From NCBI RefSeq assembly GCF_003428155.1, contig NZ_QLIR01000009.1, positions 49,042 through 81,041 on the forward strand: a stretch of DNA of 32,000 nucleotides, written 5' to 3'. The stretch's first letter is position 1, and each line of letters begins with the position of its first letter. A program made the translations under genes and the position numbers. Positions 1 through 10,354 of this stretch are shown here, piece after piece. The notes under the pieces were generated by a model. The model made no database searches. It had not been told where the DNA came from and worked only from the letters and a program-made list of their open reading frames with translations. This stretch comes from Fastidiosibacter lacustris. Lineage in GTDB: Bacteria > Pseudomonadota > Gammaproteobacteria > Francisellales > Francisellaceae.

Positions 1-323
1 TGGCGATATTCAAACGCCACTGGTCGCAAGAATAATGCCCAAAGGACAACAAGTACACCTAGATACATACCGGAAAAGGATCCTGCATATACTCGCGGCC
101 AAATGGCAAAAAGCCCTGCTCCTGCGGTAATCAACCAAACCTGATTGCCATCCCACGTGGGTGCCACAATATTGATAATAACACGTTTCTCATTGTCATT
201 CTTCCCTACAAAACGTGCTAAAATTCCTGCACCAAAGTCAAAACAGATTGTGGCTGCTGCTAAGAACATAACCAAACCCACAGCTAACCAGCTTAACAAC
301 TGAACAATACTATATAAATCCAT
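1..323 (-). CDS. cydB: Cytochrome bd ubiquinol oxidase subunit II, N-terminal part (gene runs off the left edge)
   Basis: Minus-strand reading from ATG at 323 (or 326) gives MDLYSIVQLLSWLAVGLVMFLAATICFDFGAG..APTWDGNQVWLIT, typical of the CydB N-terminus. It directly follows cydA. Confidence 0.9.
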   Translation of the reverse strand, partial: MDLYSIVQLLSWLAVGLVMFLAAATICFDFGAGILARFVGKNDNEKRVIINIVAPTWDGNQVWLITAGAGLFAIWPRVYAGSFSGMYLGVLVVLWALFLRPVAFEYR

Positions 324-328
324 CATGA

Positions 329-1933
329 TTAGTTCCCCCGTTTATGTTCTTGTGAGTTTTGGAACGAGCCGCTAGGTCCTAAGCGTGCAAATTTGATCAT
401 TAAATACATCTCAACTGCAAACAATAATGCGTAGAACAAACAAAATACCACCAAGGTAAACAAAATATCCCAACCATTAATCATTGAAGAGCTCACTGTT
501 GTTGGCAACATCTCATATACCGTCCAAGGTTGACGACCGTGTTCAGTTACAATCCAACCACATAAACAGGCAATCCAAGGCAATGGAATCATATACAGCA
601 TGGTTCTTAAGAGCCAGCGTTTTTCCCATAATGTTTTTCTAAAAAGTAACACAAGCCCTACAATAATGACCAAGAACATAAATACACCAATGCTAACCAT
701 GATTCTAAATGTCCAGAAAATCGCTGCGACATTAGGTACTGAATCCAAGGCAGCAGCATTGATTTGCTCAGATGTTGCAGAAGTAAGTGACTCGCCTACA
801 GGTAAATAGCGTTGCAGCAACATCCCATAGCCTAAATCCTGGTGGTACTGATTGTAGATCTCTTGATCCTGTGAACTGGACTTCCCAGCACGCATTTTCA
901 TCATTGCTTCATAGGCTTTAGCACCATTAGCAATTCGTGTTGTTACTGCTGGGATTTCTTTACCTGTCACCACATCGACATAACCGTCATATAAAAGCGT
1001 ATTTACACCATATATTTTCTGATCAAATGAGTGTGTTGCAAGTAATCCTAGCAATTTAGGAATTTGAATAGAAAAATCATTTTTTTGCTCAGACTGACTA
1101 GGAAAAGCAATCACATTAAAATTAGCAGGTGGCGTTTGTGTTCCCCATTCTGCCTCGATTGCAGCCAATTTCATCGGTTGATACTTATAAGCTAGAATCC
1201 CTTGCTCATCACCCATTACCATGACCATTAAAGATGCAACTAAACCAAAGCCCAAACCAATTCCCATCGATCTTTTAGCGAAACCAACATCCTTTTTACG
1301 CAATAAATAAAATGAACTAATACCAATCACAAAAACAGATGAAGTGATATAACCGGCAATCACTGTATGAGCAAAGCCAATTTGAGCAATTGGATTAATG
1401 AATAGATCCCATAAATGCGTTGTTTCCATACGCATGGTTTGCCATACAAATTCACCTCCTGCTGGCACCTGCATAAAACCATTGGCAACTAAGATCAATA
1501 AAGCAGACAAGTTAGAACCAAATGCTAAGCAAAAAGTAACGGCTAAATGCTGCTTTTTAGAAAGTTTGTTCCAACCAAGGAAAAACATTCCTACAAAAGT
1601 TGACTCCAACATAAAAGCAACCAAGCCTTCAATTGCAAGAGGGGTTCCAAAAATATCACCAACAAATTGTGAATAGTACGCCCAGTTTAAACCAAAAGAA
1701 AACTCCATAGTCAAGCCAGAAAGGACACCTACTGCAAAATTAATACCAAGGAGCTTGCCCCAGAATTTAGTCATATCCTTATAAACTTGCTTACCTGTCA
1801 TAACGTACATGAGCTCCATCGTGAAAATAATCCAAGTTAGCCCTAACGTTAATGGCACAAAAATAAAGTGAAAACAAGCAACGAAGGCAAATTGCCAACG
1901 AGCAAGCTCCACTGATAGTAGACTTGGTATCAT
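329..1933 (-). CDS. cydA: Cytochrome bd ubiquinol oxidase subunit I
   Basis: 534-aa ORF with LLSVELARWQFAFVACFHFIFVPLTLGLTW, GWIVTEHGRQPWTVY and multiple TM helices. Adjacent to cydB. Confidence 0.97.
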   Translation of the reverse strand: MIPSLLSVELARWQFAFVACFHFIFVPLTLGLTWIIFTMELMYVMTGKQVYKDMTKFWGKLLGINFAVGVLSGLTMEFSFGLNWAYYSQFVGDIFGTPLAIEGLVAFMLESTFVGMFFLGWNKLSKKQHLAVTFCLAFGSNLSALLILVANGFMQVPAGGEFVWQTMRMETTHLWDLFINPIAQIGFAHTVIAGYITSSVFVIGISSFYLLRKKDVGFAKRSMGIGLGFGLVASLMVMVMGDEQGILAYKYQPMKLAAIEAEWGTQTPPANFNVIAFPSQSEQKNDFSIQIPKLLGLLATHSFDQKIYGVNTLLYDGYVDVVTGKEIPAVTTRIANGAKAYEAMMKMRAGKSSSQDQEIYNQYHQDLGYGMLLQRYLPVGESLTSATSEQINAAALDSVPNVAAIFWTFRIMVSIGVFMFLVIIVGLVLLFRKTLWEKRWLLRTMLYMIPLPWIACLCGWIVTEHGRQPWTVYEMLPTTVSSSMINGWDILFTLVVFCLFYALLFAVEMYLMIKFARLGPSGSFQNSQEHKRGN

Positions 1934-2076
1934 CTATATAACCCTTCATGTGATTGAACAAAATAAAGTGTTTTGTTAGAAATCAAATTACAAAATCACT
2001 GGGGATTTATTTTAACGCTTGGTGCTTTAAGGCTAAATAGCAAAACCAAAATCACATTATCAAGCTGTTATGTTTA

Positions 2077-2090
2077 TTGATTTAAATCAA
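2077..2090. promoter_or_regulatory. Perfect FNR-box-like palindrome TTGATTTAAATCAA
   Basis: Exact match to the TTGATnnnnATCAA consensus. It lies between divergent cydAB and an FNR-type regulator gene. Confidence 0.85.
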
Positions 2091-2110
2091 CTTTCTTATA
2101 AAAAAACAGG

Positions 2111-2116
2111 TATAAT
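2111..2116 (+). promoter_or_regulatory. Putative -10 element (TATAAT) of the fnr-like gene
   Basis: TATAAT 42 bp upstream of the ATG at 2153. Its centre is 30 bp from the centre of the FNR box. Confidence 0.6.
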
Positions 2117-2152
2117 TTATCAGCCTTTAAATACACCTGATAGCACTCACAT

Positions 2153-2869
2153 ATGACAACACAAAAAAAAGCCTCATGTACTAAACAGTCGCCACGTCCA
2201 AAAACATGTCATTTTTGTGATTGTCATAAGCTCTGTCACCTCTTTCATGTCAATCCTATAGACACTCTTAATTTTATTAAAGTACAAACAAATATATGCC
2301 ACATAAAAAAAGGGCAATCGTTATATAAAACACAAGATAAAATCACTGCTATATTTATCATACGCACAGGCAGTTTTAAGCTTGTGAATCAGAACGACTA
2401 TATTGTTGATTTTTGTTTACAAGGCGATGCCCTTGGTTTTGATGCAATTGAAAGTTCAGCACATACTCTTACTGCTATTGCTCTTGAAGATAGCGCAATT
2501 TGTGCTTTTGACTATTACAGCCTCATCCAAGCATTGCCACAAAAACCTATTGTTATCCTAGATTTTTTACAATTAATAAGTAAAAAACTTAACCTTGCTA
2601 TTAACTCTTTAGATACCACTCAAGAAGCCTACGTAAAATTAGCTAGCTTTATTTATAAACTAGCAAATCATCAAAAGCGCTGTGGTTACTCTAACAAATC
2701 ATTTATGCTACCTATGAAATATTTAGAAATTGCAAATCATCTTAACTTGAGTATTGAGACGATCTCCCGTGCATTTAAATCTCTGACTAACAACACGATT
2801 TTAAGTACTAAGCACAAAGAAATTACCATTCTTGACTTTGAACGCTTAAAGTCTATCGCAACAACATAA
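2153..2869 (+). CDS. fnr: Crp/Fnr-family regulator, FNR-type with predicted oxygen-sensing [4Fe-4S] cluster
   Basis: N-terminal C-x2-C-x5-C (CHFCDCHKLC) plus a downstream Cys in EDSAICAF, matching the FNR cysteine layout. C-terminal HTH reads LNLSIETISRAFKSL. Confidence 0.88.
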   Translation: MTTQKKASCTKQSPRPKTCHFCDCHKLCHLFHVNPIDTLNFIKVQTNICHIKKGQSLYKTQDKITAIFIIRTGSFKLVNQNDYIVDFCLQGDALGFDAIESSAHTLTAIALEDSAICAFDYYSLIQALPQKPIVILDFLQLISKKLNLAINSLDTTQEAYVKLASFIYKLANHQKRCGYSNKSFMLPMKYLEIANHLNLSIETISRAFKSLTNNTILSTKHKEITILDFERLKSIATT

Positions 2870-2882
2870 TCCACTTTATAAA

Positions 2883-4508
2883 TTACTGAAACTGCTTCAA
2901 CAAGCCTCTTGTTGAGCTATCATAGCTTGGATGAGATAAATATCCTTTTTGTAAGCTTTCCAAAATTGACTTACCAAGTGCTTTACCTAGCTCCACACCC
3001 CATTGATCAAAACTATTAATCCCCCAAATTACACCTTGAACGAAAATTTTATGCTCATATAAAGCAATTAATTGACCTAAAGCCTGCGGAGTAAGCTCAT
3101 CTATTAAAATAGTATTACTGGGTTTATTACCAGCAATAACCTTTTGTGACGCTAAGCTTGAGATTTCATTTTCACTTATCCCACTTTTTTTAAGTTCATT
3201 TTTAACTTGTTCTAAGCTTTGACCTTGCATAAGAGCTTGCGATTGAGCAAAACAATTTGCCAATAGCACTTGTTGATGATTTTGTAGTGTATGATAGCTT
3301 TTCTTAACGGCAATAAAGTCCGCTGGCACTGTAACATTACCTTGATGTAACAACTGATGAAAGGCATGTTGACCATTAGTACCTACACCACCCCACAGTA
3401 CAACACCTGTTTGATTGTGACTAAGCTTTCCATTTTTTTTGCAAGATTTACCATTACTTTCCATATCTGCTTGTTGTAGATAGTCCACTAAATAACACAG
3501 CCGATCATCATAAGCTAAAATCGCCTGTGATTGAGTATGATAAAAATTACTATATAGAATGGCAATAAGCGCCAAAATAACTGGCATATTCTCTGTTAAA
3601 GGTGCTGTTTTAAAATGTTTATCCATGACATAAGCACCTTTCAATAAATCCTCAAAGTGATTAAAACCAATGGCAAATGCAATTGCCATACCAATAGATG
3701 ACCATAGTGAATATCTTCCCCCTACCCAATCCCACATAGCAAAGCAATTTTGTAACTCAATGCCAAACTGCTCAACTTTATCTTGAGCACTTGAGATGGC
3801 AACAAAGTGTTTAGCTACAGCCTTTGACGTTTGGTAATGATCAAGCAACCATTTACGTGCAGTTTCTGCATTCATTAATGTCTCTTGAGTGGTAAACGAT
3901 TTAGAGGCAACAATAAATAAGGTCGTCTCAGGATGGATGCGGTTTAACACGCTTAAAATCGAATCAGCATCGACATTCGAAACAAAATGCACACGTGTTT
4001 TGTTTTGATGATAAGGTTTTAACGCCCTTACTATCATTTTTGGTCCCAAATCAGAACCACCAATACCGATATTAACTACATCAGTAATTTTTTTATCTGT
4101 AAAGCCTCGCCAATGACCATCGTGCACATCTTTAACCAATTTTTGTACTTTTTTACGCTCAACTTCAATTTCTAATTTAACGTTCTTACCATCAACCAAA
4201 ATTGAATCTTGAGAAAAATCACGCAAAGCTGTATGTAAAACGGCTCGATTTTCACTGGTGTTGATTTTACTCCCTTTAAACATTGCATCACGCATTACTG
4301 CAACCTGTGCATTTTCCGCCAAAGCAAATAAACACTCTAATATTTCTTCATTGATCCTATTTTTGGAATAATCAAGGAATAAATTTCCATGCTTTAAGTG
4401 ATAGCGATTAAAACGTTGACTATCTTCATCAAAAAGACCTTTTATTGCTAAATGCTTATATTTTGTTTCTAATAAATGCTGTAATTTATTTGTAATTTCT
4501 TGATTCAT
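2883..4508 (-). CDS. pgi: Glucose-6-phosphate isomerase
   Basis: [45 protein letters not shown]. The supplied ORF starts at 4544, but the internal ATG at 4508 avoids overlap with pgl. Confidence 0.96.
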   Translation of the reverse strand: MNQEITNKLQHLLETKYKHLAIKGLFDEDSQRFNRYHLKHGNLFLDYSKNRINEEILECLFALAENAQVAVMRDAMFKGSKINTSENRAVLHTALRDFSQDSILVDGKNVKLEIEVERKKVQKLVKDVHDGHWRGFTDKKITDVVNIGIGGSDLGPKMIVRALKPYHQNKTRVHFVSNVDADSILSVLNRIHPETTLFIVASKSFTTQETLMNAETARKWLLDHYQTSKAVAKHFVAISSAQDKVEQFGIELQNCFAMWDWVGGRYSLWSSIGMAIAFAIGFNHFEDLLKGAYVMDKHFKTAPLTENMPVILALIAILYSNFYHTQSQAILAYDDRLCYLVDYLQQADMESNGKSCKKNGKLSHNQTGVVLWGGVGTNGQHAFHQLLHQGNVTVPADFIAVKKSYHTLQNHQQVLLANCFAQSQALMQGQSLEQVKNELKKSGISENEISSLASQKVIAGNKPSNTILIDELTPQALGQLIALYEHKIFVQGVIWGINSFDQWGVELGKALGKSILESLQKGYLSHPSYDSSTRGLLKQFQ

Positions 4509-4512
4509 CGCT

Positions 4513-5229
4513 TTACTCCAACTCATTTGCAGCAGGTTGATCAAGATGCCAAACTAGTTTACCTTCAATTGGTTTAACAACCTTTGCTGGATAAGCTATC
4601 GATACATTCTCCTGATCAAAAACTTTCTTTAGCATATTTGCTTTAGACTCCCCTGTTACCAGAAAATCAATGACCTTCGCATAATTTATGATTTTTAATG
4701 TTAACGTCACGCGATACTGCTTTGTCGTTGGGTGCATTGCTATTTCCACCCACTTATCGGAAGACAATGACACACCATTGACAAATAAAGAAGCCGTGTG
4801 CCCATCTTCACCCATACCTAACCAGATCCAATCAAATTGCGGAATATCATTATACTTAGGCACGTATTTTTTGATGCTTTGTACATAGTTTAGGGTGGCT
4901 TGCTCTGGTGAAATATCACCTTGCATAGGATGCAAATTTTCTCTTGGGATCTTTACCTGCTGAAACAGCATACGATCTGCTTCACCAAAATTACTCTCTT
5001 TATCTTCAAATGCGACACAGCGCTCATCACACCACCAAAAATGTAACTTCTCCCACTTAATTTCAATCATTTTGTCACTTTTTGCAATAAGCTCAAATAT
5101 AGCTTTAGGCGTACTGCCTCCAGAAAGTGCAATATGAACCTCATCTTGTCTTGAATGCGATAAGCTAACAAGTTTTGTCAGCATAGCATAGGCAATATCT
5201 TCTTTCTCTTGATATATAATGTATGACAT
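4513..5229 (-). CDS. pgl: 6-phosphogluconolactonase
   Basis: [38 protein letters not shown]. Located between pgi and zwf. Confidence 0.93.
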   Translation of the reverse strand: MSYIIYQEKEDIAYAMLTKLVSLSHSRQDEVHIALSGGSTPKAIFELIAKSDKMIEIKWEKLHFWWCDERCVAFEDKESNFGEADRMLFQQVKIPRENLHPMQGDISPEQATLNYVQSIKKYVPKYNDIPQFDWIWLGMGEDGHTASLFVNGVSLSSDKWVEIAMHPTTKQYRVTLTLKIINYAKVIDFLVTGESKANMLKKVFDQENVSIAYPAKVVKPIEGKLVWHLDQPAANELE

Positions 5230-5250
5230 TCTCTATTTTACCCCCCTTAC

Positions 5251-6768
5251 TTAAGCTTTTGAGTTTTGCTTAAAGTTTGATGATGGATTACGCCAAATGT
5301 GGTCTAACTCGGCTAACATTTTGTCAGATTCAACTGGACCAAATGAACCACTTGGATAAAAATTTAATATACTCTTACCATGCTTATGAATGTATTGAAT
5401 GATTGGATCGATAATATTCCAGCAGGCCTCAACTGCATCATTACGTGCAAATAAAGTATTATCTCCTTGTAAAGCATCTAGAATTAAACGCTCATAAGCA
5501 GTTGGCAATGCTTTTTGAGCAAAATCAGAATAATAAAAACCCATATCCACCTCATGAGTTTTAAAGCCACTACCTGGTTCTTTTGCCGCAAAACTAAGCT
5601 TAATTCCTTCATCAGGCTGAATACGAATAACCAACTGATTCTTAAATTTTGTTATTTTCTGTACTTGAGAGAAAAAAGGGTGAGGTGTCGGTTTGAAATT
5701 AATCACAACCTCAGAAACGCGCTGATTTAAACGTTTACCAGTACGCACATAAAATGGCACATTATGCCAGCGCCAGTTATCAATAAAAAAGCGAATTGCA
5801 GCATAAGTTTCAGTAGTTGAATCTTTTGCTACCGCTTGTTCATCACGGTACGAACCTTTAATCACACCTTGAACGCAACCTTCTTGATACTGAGCAATCA
5901 CCACGTTTTGTTTTATGTCTTCAGCTGTTCTAAAGCGACGAATAGATTGAAATACTTTTAACGTTTCATTACGAATAGAATACGCATCCATTTTAGCAGG
6001 AGCTTCCATTGCGACAATACCCAAAAGTTGTAATAGATGATTTTGAATCATGTCACGAATAGCGCCATTTTGGTCATAATATCCCGCTCTTGAACCAAGC
6101 CCAATCGACTCATTGGCATAGATCTGCACATTATCAATGTGAGCTGCATTCCACAAAGGTTCAAAAATTGAATTAGCAAAACGAAAAACTAATAAGTTCT
6201 GCACTGTTTCCTTGCCAAGGTAGTGATCAATTCTAAATAACTGAGATTCTTTGTAGTGCTGTAGCAAATGTGCATTTAATGCGCATGCACTTTTTTCATC
6301 TATGCCAAATGGTTTTTCAATGATGATTCGCTTATAACCATCTGTTTCATCATTTAAGCCCAACTTGGCTAAGTGTGAAGGAATTTGATAATACAAACTA
6401 GGTGGCGTTGACAAGTAGAAAAGTAAGTTATTGTCAAGCTTATGGCTTTTAAGCAGCGCCTTTAAACGCTTATTTAATAATGTATATCCTTCATCTGTAT
6501 AAACATCTATCGACTGGTAATAAATTTGATTTAAAAATTTATTAATACTTTTCTGATCGTCTGGATATTCAGTTAGCAAAGCCTCACACATTTTTTGACG
6601 AAATTGTTCATCGTTAAACGCTGATCGTGAAACCCCCAATACGATATTATTTTTAGTTAAACTCTTATGTTGGTATAGATGAAAAATGGCAGGTATAAGC
6701 TTACGCGCCGTTAAATCACCTGATGCACCAAAAATGACAATAATTCCATTTGCTAACTTATGTTGCAT
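5251..6768 (-). CDS. zwf: Glucose-6-phosphate 1-dehydrogenase
   Basis: VIFGASGDLTARKLIPAI, RIDHYLGKETVQNLLVFRFAN, and a conserved C-terminus. Confidence 0.97.
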   Translation of the reverse strand: MQHKLANGIIVIFGASGDLTARKLIPAIFHLYQHKSLTKNNIVLGVSRSAFNDEQFRQKMCEALLTEYPDDQKSINKFLNQIYYQSIDVYTDEGYTLLNKRLKALLKSHKLDNNLLFYLSTPPSLYYQIPSHLAKLGLNDETDGYKRIIIEKPFGIDEKSACALNAHLLQHYKESQLFRIDHYLGKETVQNLLVFRFANSIFEPLWNAAHIDNVQIYANESIGLGSRAGYYDQNGAIRDMIQNHLLQLLGIVAMEAPAKMDAYSIRNETLKVFQSIRRFRTAEDIKQNVVIAQYQEGCVQGVIKGSYRDEQAVAKDSTTETYAAIRFFIDNWRWHNVPFYVRTGKRLNQRVSEVVINFKPTPHPFFSQVQKITKFKNQLVIRIQPDEGIKLSFAAKEPGSGFKTHEVDMGFYYSDFAQKALPTAYERLILDALQGDNTLFARNDAVEACWNIIDPIIQYIHKHGKSILNFYPSGSFGPVESDKMLAELDHIWRNPSSNFKQNSKA

Positions 6769-7300
6769 TAAGCATCTCTGTAGTTAATCGTGAAACGCCG
6801 ATAGTTATACCATTTTTTATTACCAAGTTCACGATTTAATCGCAACAATTAATTGTTTAATTTTCATACCACAGGACAGTAGCTGCAAAAAACCTTTATT
6901 TCTAAGCGGTTTCATGCTCAATAGAATAGATCGCTTAGTATACTGTTGTTTAAATAATAACTAAAATCTCTGTACACGAAGAGAAAATTATAAAATACTG
7001 CTTGAGGCGTTATTTTTTCTGATTTACGTAACATGAAAAAAACACTTCAAACAGCTGATGAATAGTTTATTTGTTATCAGGGTAAAGCACAATCAATTAA
7101 CCACGAACGCTAAGGGGCTTCAGGTGGATGTTTTAACTGTAAGGATAAGCATTTGAAAAACTTAAAATAAGATTTCAAAGCTAATGGCATTGCTTACTCT
7201 CAGCATTGTGGCGCATAAAAAAAGGCTTTTTCAACTACCTTCTCCTATAGCATGCAATCAATAGCACTTCCTTAGCACCAACTCTTTTGCAAGAATTAAA

Positions 7301-7786
7301 TTACTCTTCACTCAAATTCCCTAGGAAATCCAATTGACGCCATGCTTCAAACAACATAACTGCTGCTGCATTTGATAAGTTTAGGCTTCTGCTGTTTTTT
7401 AGCATAGGGAGCTTAATTTGCCTATACTCTAACGCTTTAAGTATGTAAGCTGGCAATCCTCTACTTTCAGGTCCTAACAATAAAACATCTTCATCTTGAA
7501 ATTGTACTTGATGATAATATTGCTTGGCTTTAGTCGTACATGCCCAAATTCTCTTATGGCTATTCTTGATAACAAAATCCTCAAAGTTTTGATAGCGTGC
7601 GACCTCTGCAAATTCATGGTAATCCAATCCCGCACGGCGTAACTTTTTGTCTTCTAACTCAAAGCCAAACGGTTCAATCAAGTGTAACCTTGCACCTGTA
7701 TTGGCACATAAACGGATAATATTTCCCGTATTAGGGGGAATCTCAGGCTCATATAAAGCAATATGAATCATCTTTTTCCTTAACAA
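7301..7786 (-). CDS. trmL: tRNA (cytidine/uridine(34)-2'-O)-methyltransferase, SPOUT family
   Basis: [59 protein letters not shown]. Confidence 0.94.
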   Translation of the reverse strand: MLRKKMIHIALYEPEIPPNTGNIIRLCANTGARLHLIEPFGFELEDKKLRRAGLDYHEFAEVARYQNFEDFVIKNSHKRIWACTTKAKQYYHQVQFQDEDVLLLGPESRGLPAYILKALEYRQIKLPMLKNSRSLNLSNAAAVMLFEAWRQLDFLGNLSEE

Positions 7787-7897
7787 AACTATGCTTTTTC
7801 TATTCTATGCGTTTTAATCAGGATAAGGAGTGTGGATACAAGCATTTTTTGATACGATATGTGAAATTTTTATAAGGACTCATGAAGGATAAGCACA

Positions 7898-8803
7898 ATG
7901 ACAATCATGGTGATTGGTAGTGCCAATACAGATTTAATTATTCAAGTTGAACATCTTCCTAGACCAGGTGAAACATTACTTGGAGGAAAGTTTTTAACAG
8001 CATCAGGCGGGAAAGGTGCTAACCAAGCAGTTGCAGCTGCACGCTTGGGTGGAAAAGTATGTTTTATTGCTAGTATTGGTCAAGACAGTTTTGGCGAAGC
8101 ACTGTTAAAAAAGTACGCTCAAGATAGTATTAACATTCAACATATTAAACGTCCACAAAGTGCATCAGGCATTGCCATGGTTTGTGTTGCATCCAACGGA
8201 CAAAATTCAATTGTTGTTGCTCCTGGCTCTAATGCGTTTCTTACACCTTGTGATATTGCTGCTATAGAGGATCAGTTTTTACATGCAAAAGTTGTCCTAA
8301 CTCAACTAGAAATACCACTCTCAACTATTGTTGCAGCTGCTAAACTTGCCTATAAACACAAATGCTTATTCATTCTAAATCCTGCTCCTGCCTATGTTTT
8401 ACCTGATGAACTTTACCCATTTATTGACATCATCACACCAAATGAAATAGAAGCTGAACTCTTAACAGGTATCCGGGTTTGTGATCTATCTTCCGCATTG
8501 ACGGCTTCTAAAATTCTTCATCAACGTGGCATAAAAAACGTTATTATTACAATGGGTCATCAAGGTGCATTTTTCTACGATGGTAAAAATGAAGTGCTAG
8601 TTCCAACACTTCAAGTTAATGCTATTGATACAACCGCTGCAGGTGATACTTTTAATGGTGCACTTGCTAAAACGTTATGCAACAGTAATGACATCATCTC
8701 CGCTATTAAATATGCTAATAAAGCCTCCGCTTTATCGGTTACGAAACTAGGTGCGCAAAGCTCCATCCCATATCCCCATGAAATTGAAGCATTACAAGGT
8801 TAA
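7898..8803 (+). CDS. rbsK: PfkB-family ribokinase
   Basis: GSANTDLIIQVEHLPRPGETLLGG..GGKGANQAVAAARLGG and DTTAAGDTFNGALA. No rbsD/A/B/C neighbours are visible, so the substrate is uncertain. Confidence 0.85.
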   Translation: MTIMVIGSANTDLIIQVEHLPRPGETLLGGKFLTASGGKGANQAVAAARLGGKVCFIASIGQDSFGEALLKKYAQDSINIQHIKRPQSASGIAMVCVASNGQNSIVVAPGSNAFLTPCDIAAIEDQFLHAKVVLTQLEIPLSTIVAAAKLAYKHKCLFILNPAPAYVLPDELYPFIDIITPNEIEAELLTGIRVCDLSSALTASKILHQRGIKNVIITMGHQGAFFYDGKNEVLVPTLQVNAIDTTAAGDTFNGALAKTLCNSNDIISAIKYANKASALSVTKLGAQSSIPYPHEIEALQG

Positions 8804-8808
8804 TTACA

Positions 8809-9561
8809 ATGGTCAATAACAAAAAATTTGAACGCTACATTGACACACTATTAAATATACAATCAATTAAAGATTACTGTCCAAATGGTCTACAAATAGA
8901 AGGTAAAAAAAATATTAATATTATCGTCACAGGTGTTAGTGCAAGTCTTGAGCTCATTCATGCTGCCATCGCTAAAAAAGCAGATGCCATATTGGTTCAT
9001 CATGGTTATTTTTGGAAAGCTGAAAATCCAACGATTACTGGCATCAAATATCAACGCATTAAAGCAATTATTCAGCATAATATTAACCTTTTTGGCTATC
9101 ATTTACCACTAGATGTACATCCTAACTTGGGTAATAACGTTCAACTGGCTAAGCGTCTAGATCTTTGTATTGTTGGTGAATTCAATACAAATACTATACC
9201 TAACTATGGTTTAATGTGTGAAACAAAGTTGACGTTAAATGCTTTAATCGACAAAATCGAATCTACACTTATGCGAAAGCCACTTGTCGTTGGTAATCAA
9301 AACCTGCACATCCACAAAGTTGCCATTTGTACTGGAGGAGCTCAAGACCTTATTGAACAGGCTTATCATGCAGGAGCAGATGTCTATATTTCAGGTGAAA
9401 TTTCAGAGCGTACAACACTTATTGCACGGGAACTTGGTATGACTTACATTGCAGCAGGACATCACGCGACCGAGCGTTATGGAATTGCAACACTAGGTCA
9501 ATATTTAGCACAAGAATTTTCTTTAGAACATTATTTTGTTGATATTGATAACCCAGTTTAA
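8809..9561 (+). CDS. NIF3/YbgI-family dinuclear metal-centre protein
   Basis: CPNGLQIEG, ADAILVHHGYFWK, CTGGAQDLIEQAYHAGADVYISGEISERT, AAGHHATERYG. Confidence 0.92.
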   Translation: MVNNKKFERYIDTLLNIQSIKDYCPNGLQIEGKKNINIIVTGVSASLELIHAAIAKKADAILVHHGYFWKAENPTITGIKYQRIKAIIQHNINLFGYHLPLDVHPNLGNNVQLAKRLDLCIVGEFNTNTIPNYGLMCETKLTLNALIDKIESTLMRKPLVVGNQNLHIHKVAICTGGAQDLIEQAYHAGADVYISGEISERTTLIARELGMTYIAAGHHATERYGIATLGQYLAQEFSLEHYFVDIDNPV

Positions 9562-9634
9562 TACTGTTGTTATCCCTAACTTATTTTTTTTGTGATAGAC
9601 TGCTTACACCTAACTTGAACAACGTAAGCTCATT

Positions 9635-10096
9635 ATGGGAAGCGAAAAAGATAACATTAGGCTTATTAAGAAATATCCTAATAGACGTTTATACGATACA
9701 AAAGGCAGCTGTTATATTACAGCTGAAGGCGTCCATAAATTGATTATAGAGCATGAAAATGTCGTTGTGGTTGATAATAAGACAGGAAAAGATATCACAC
9801 GTGGGGTGCTCATGCAAATCATTAATGATTTGGAAGAAAAGAGTCCAAGACAAATGTTTAGTAATGAATTCCTAGCACATGTAATTAAGTCTTATGGGAC
9901 AGAGATGCAAAATACTTTGGTGTTATGCTTTAACAAAACACTTGACCTTTATTTAAGCCAAACTAATGCCCAAGAAGACTTAATAAAAAAATCCAGCAAA
10001 CAGATGAATCCTAGTGATTATTTTAATACGATTGCCAGAGAAAATATCAGCCGCTGGCAAAAGTCTTGGGAAAACTTAAAAAGTACCAAAAAGTAA
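9635..10096 (+). CDS. phaR: Polyhydroxyalkanoate synthesis regulator PhaR-like DNA-binding protein
   Basis: IRLIKKYPNRRLYDTKGSCYITAEGVHKLI is the PHB/PHA accumulation-regulator DNA-binding motif. The central domain follows it. Confidence 0.87.
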   Translation: MGSEKDNIRLIKKYPNRRLYDTKGSCYITAEGVHKLIIEHENVVVVDNKTGKDITRGVLMQIINDLEEKSPRQMFSNEFLAHVIKSYGTEMQNTLVLCFNKTLDLYLSQTNAQEDLIKKSSKQMNPSDYFNTIARENISRWQKSWENLKSTKK

Positions 10097-10354
10097 TATT
10101 CCAAATACATACTTACTCATTGTAATTATTTATAATTGCTTCAATTTGCGGTTAATCGCAAAAAACTTTCTGAGAAACTATTAATTACAAAACACATATT
10201 ACCCATATCTTCTTGGATTATTACTACTAACGATTACTGCTTTTATGCTGATCTATACATAGTATATACTTTTTTAAACACTTCCTGCTCCTGGTTTTTA
10301 GAGTCCCGCATTCGCTTTGCTTAGCTCATAGCGGTTAATTAAACTAAGTTTAGG

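Noticed and set aside
600-1676. Plus-strand ORFs 600-809 and 1398-1676 inside cydA
   Set aside because: They lie antisense to a strongly supported gene, with no recognisable domains.
5515-5730. 71-aa plus-strand ORF antisense to zwf
   Set aside because: Shadow ORF within zwf with no domain signal.
6769-7300. 6S RNA, SRP RNA or RNase P RNA in the zwf-trmL gap
   Set aside because: Short stretches loosely resembled 6S RNA, but I could not build the closing stem and central bubble, so no RNA-family call is made without a covariance-model search.
10145-10162. TTTGCG-GTTAAT-CGCAAA hairpin after phaR as a terminator
   Set aside because: The stem is only 6 bp and is not followed by a T-tract on either strand, so a terminator call is not supported.
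10136-10324. 62-aa plus-strand ORF downstream of phaR
   Set aside because: Low-complexity composition, no clear ribosome-binding site and no recognisable domain. Left as non-coding.
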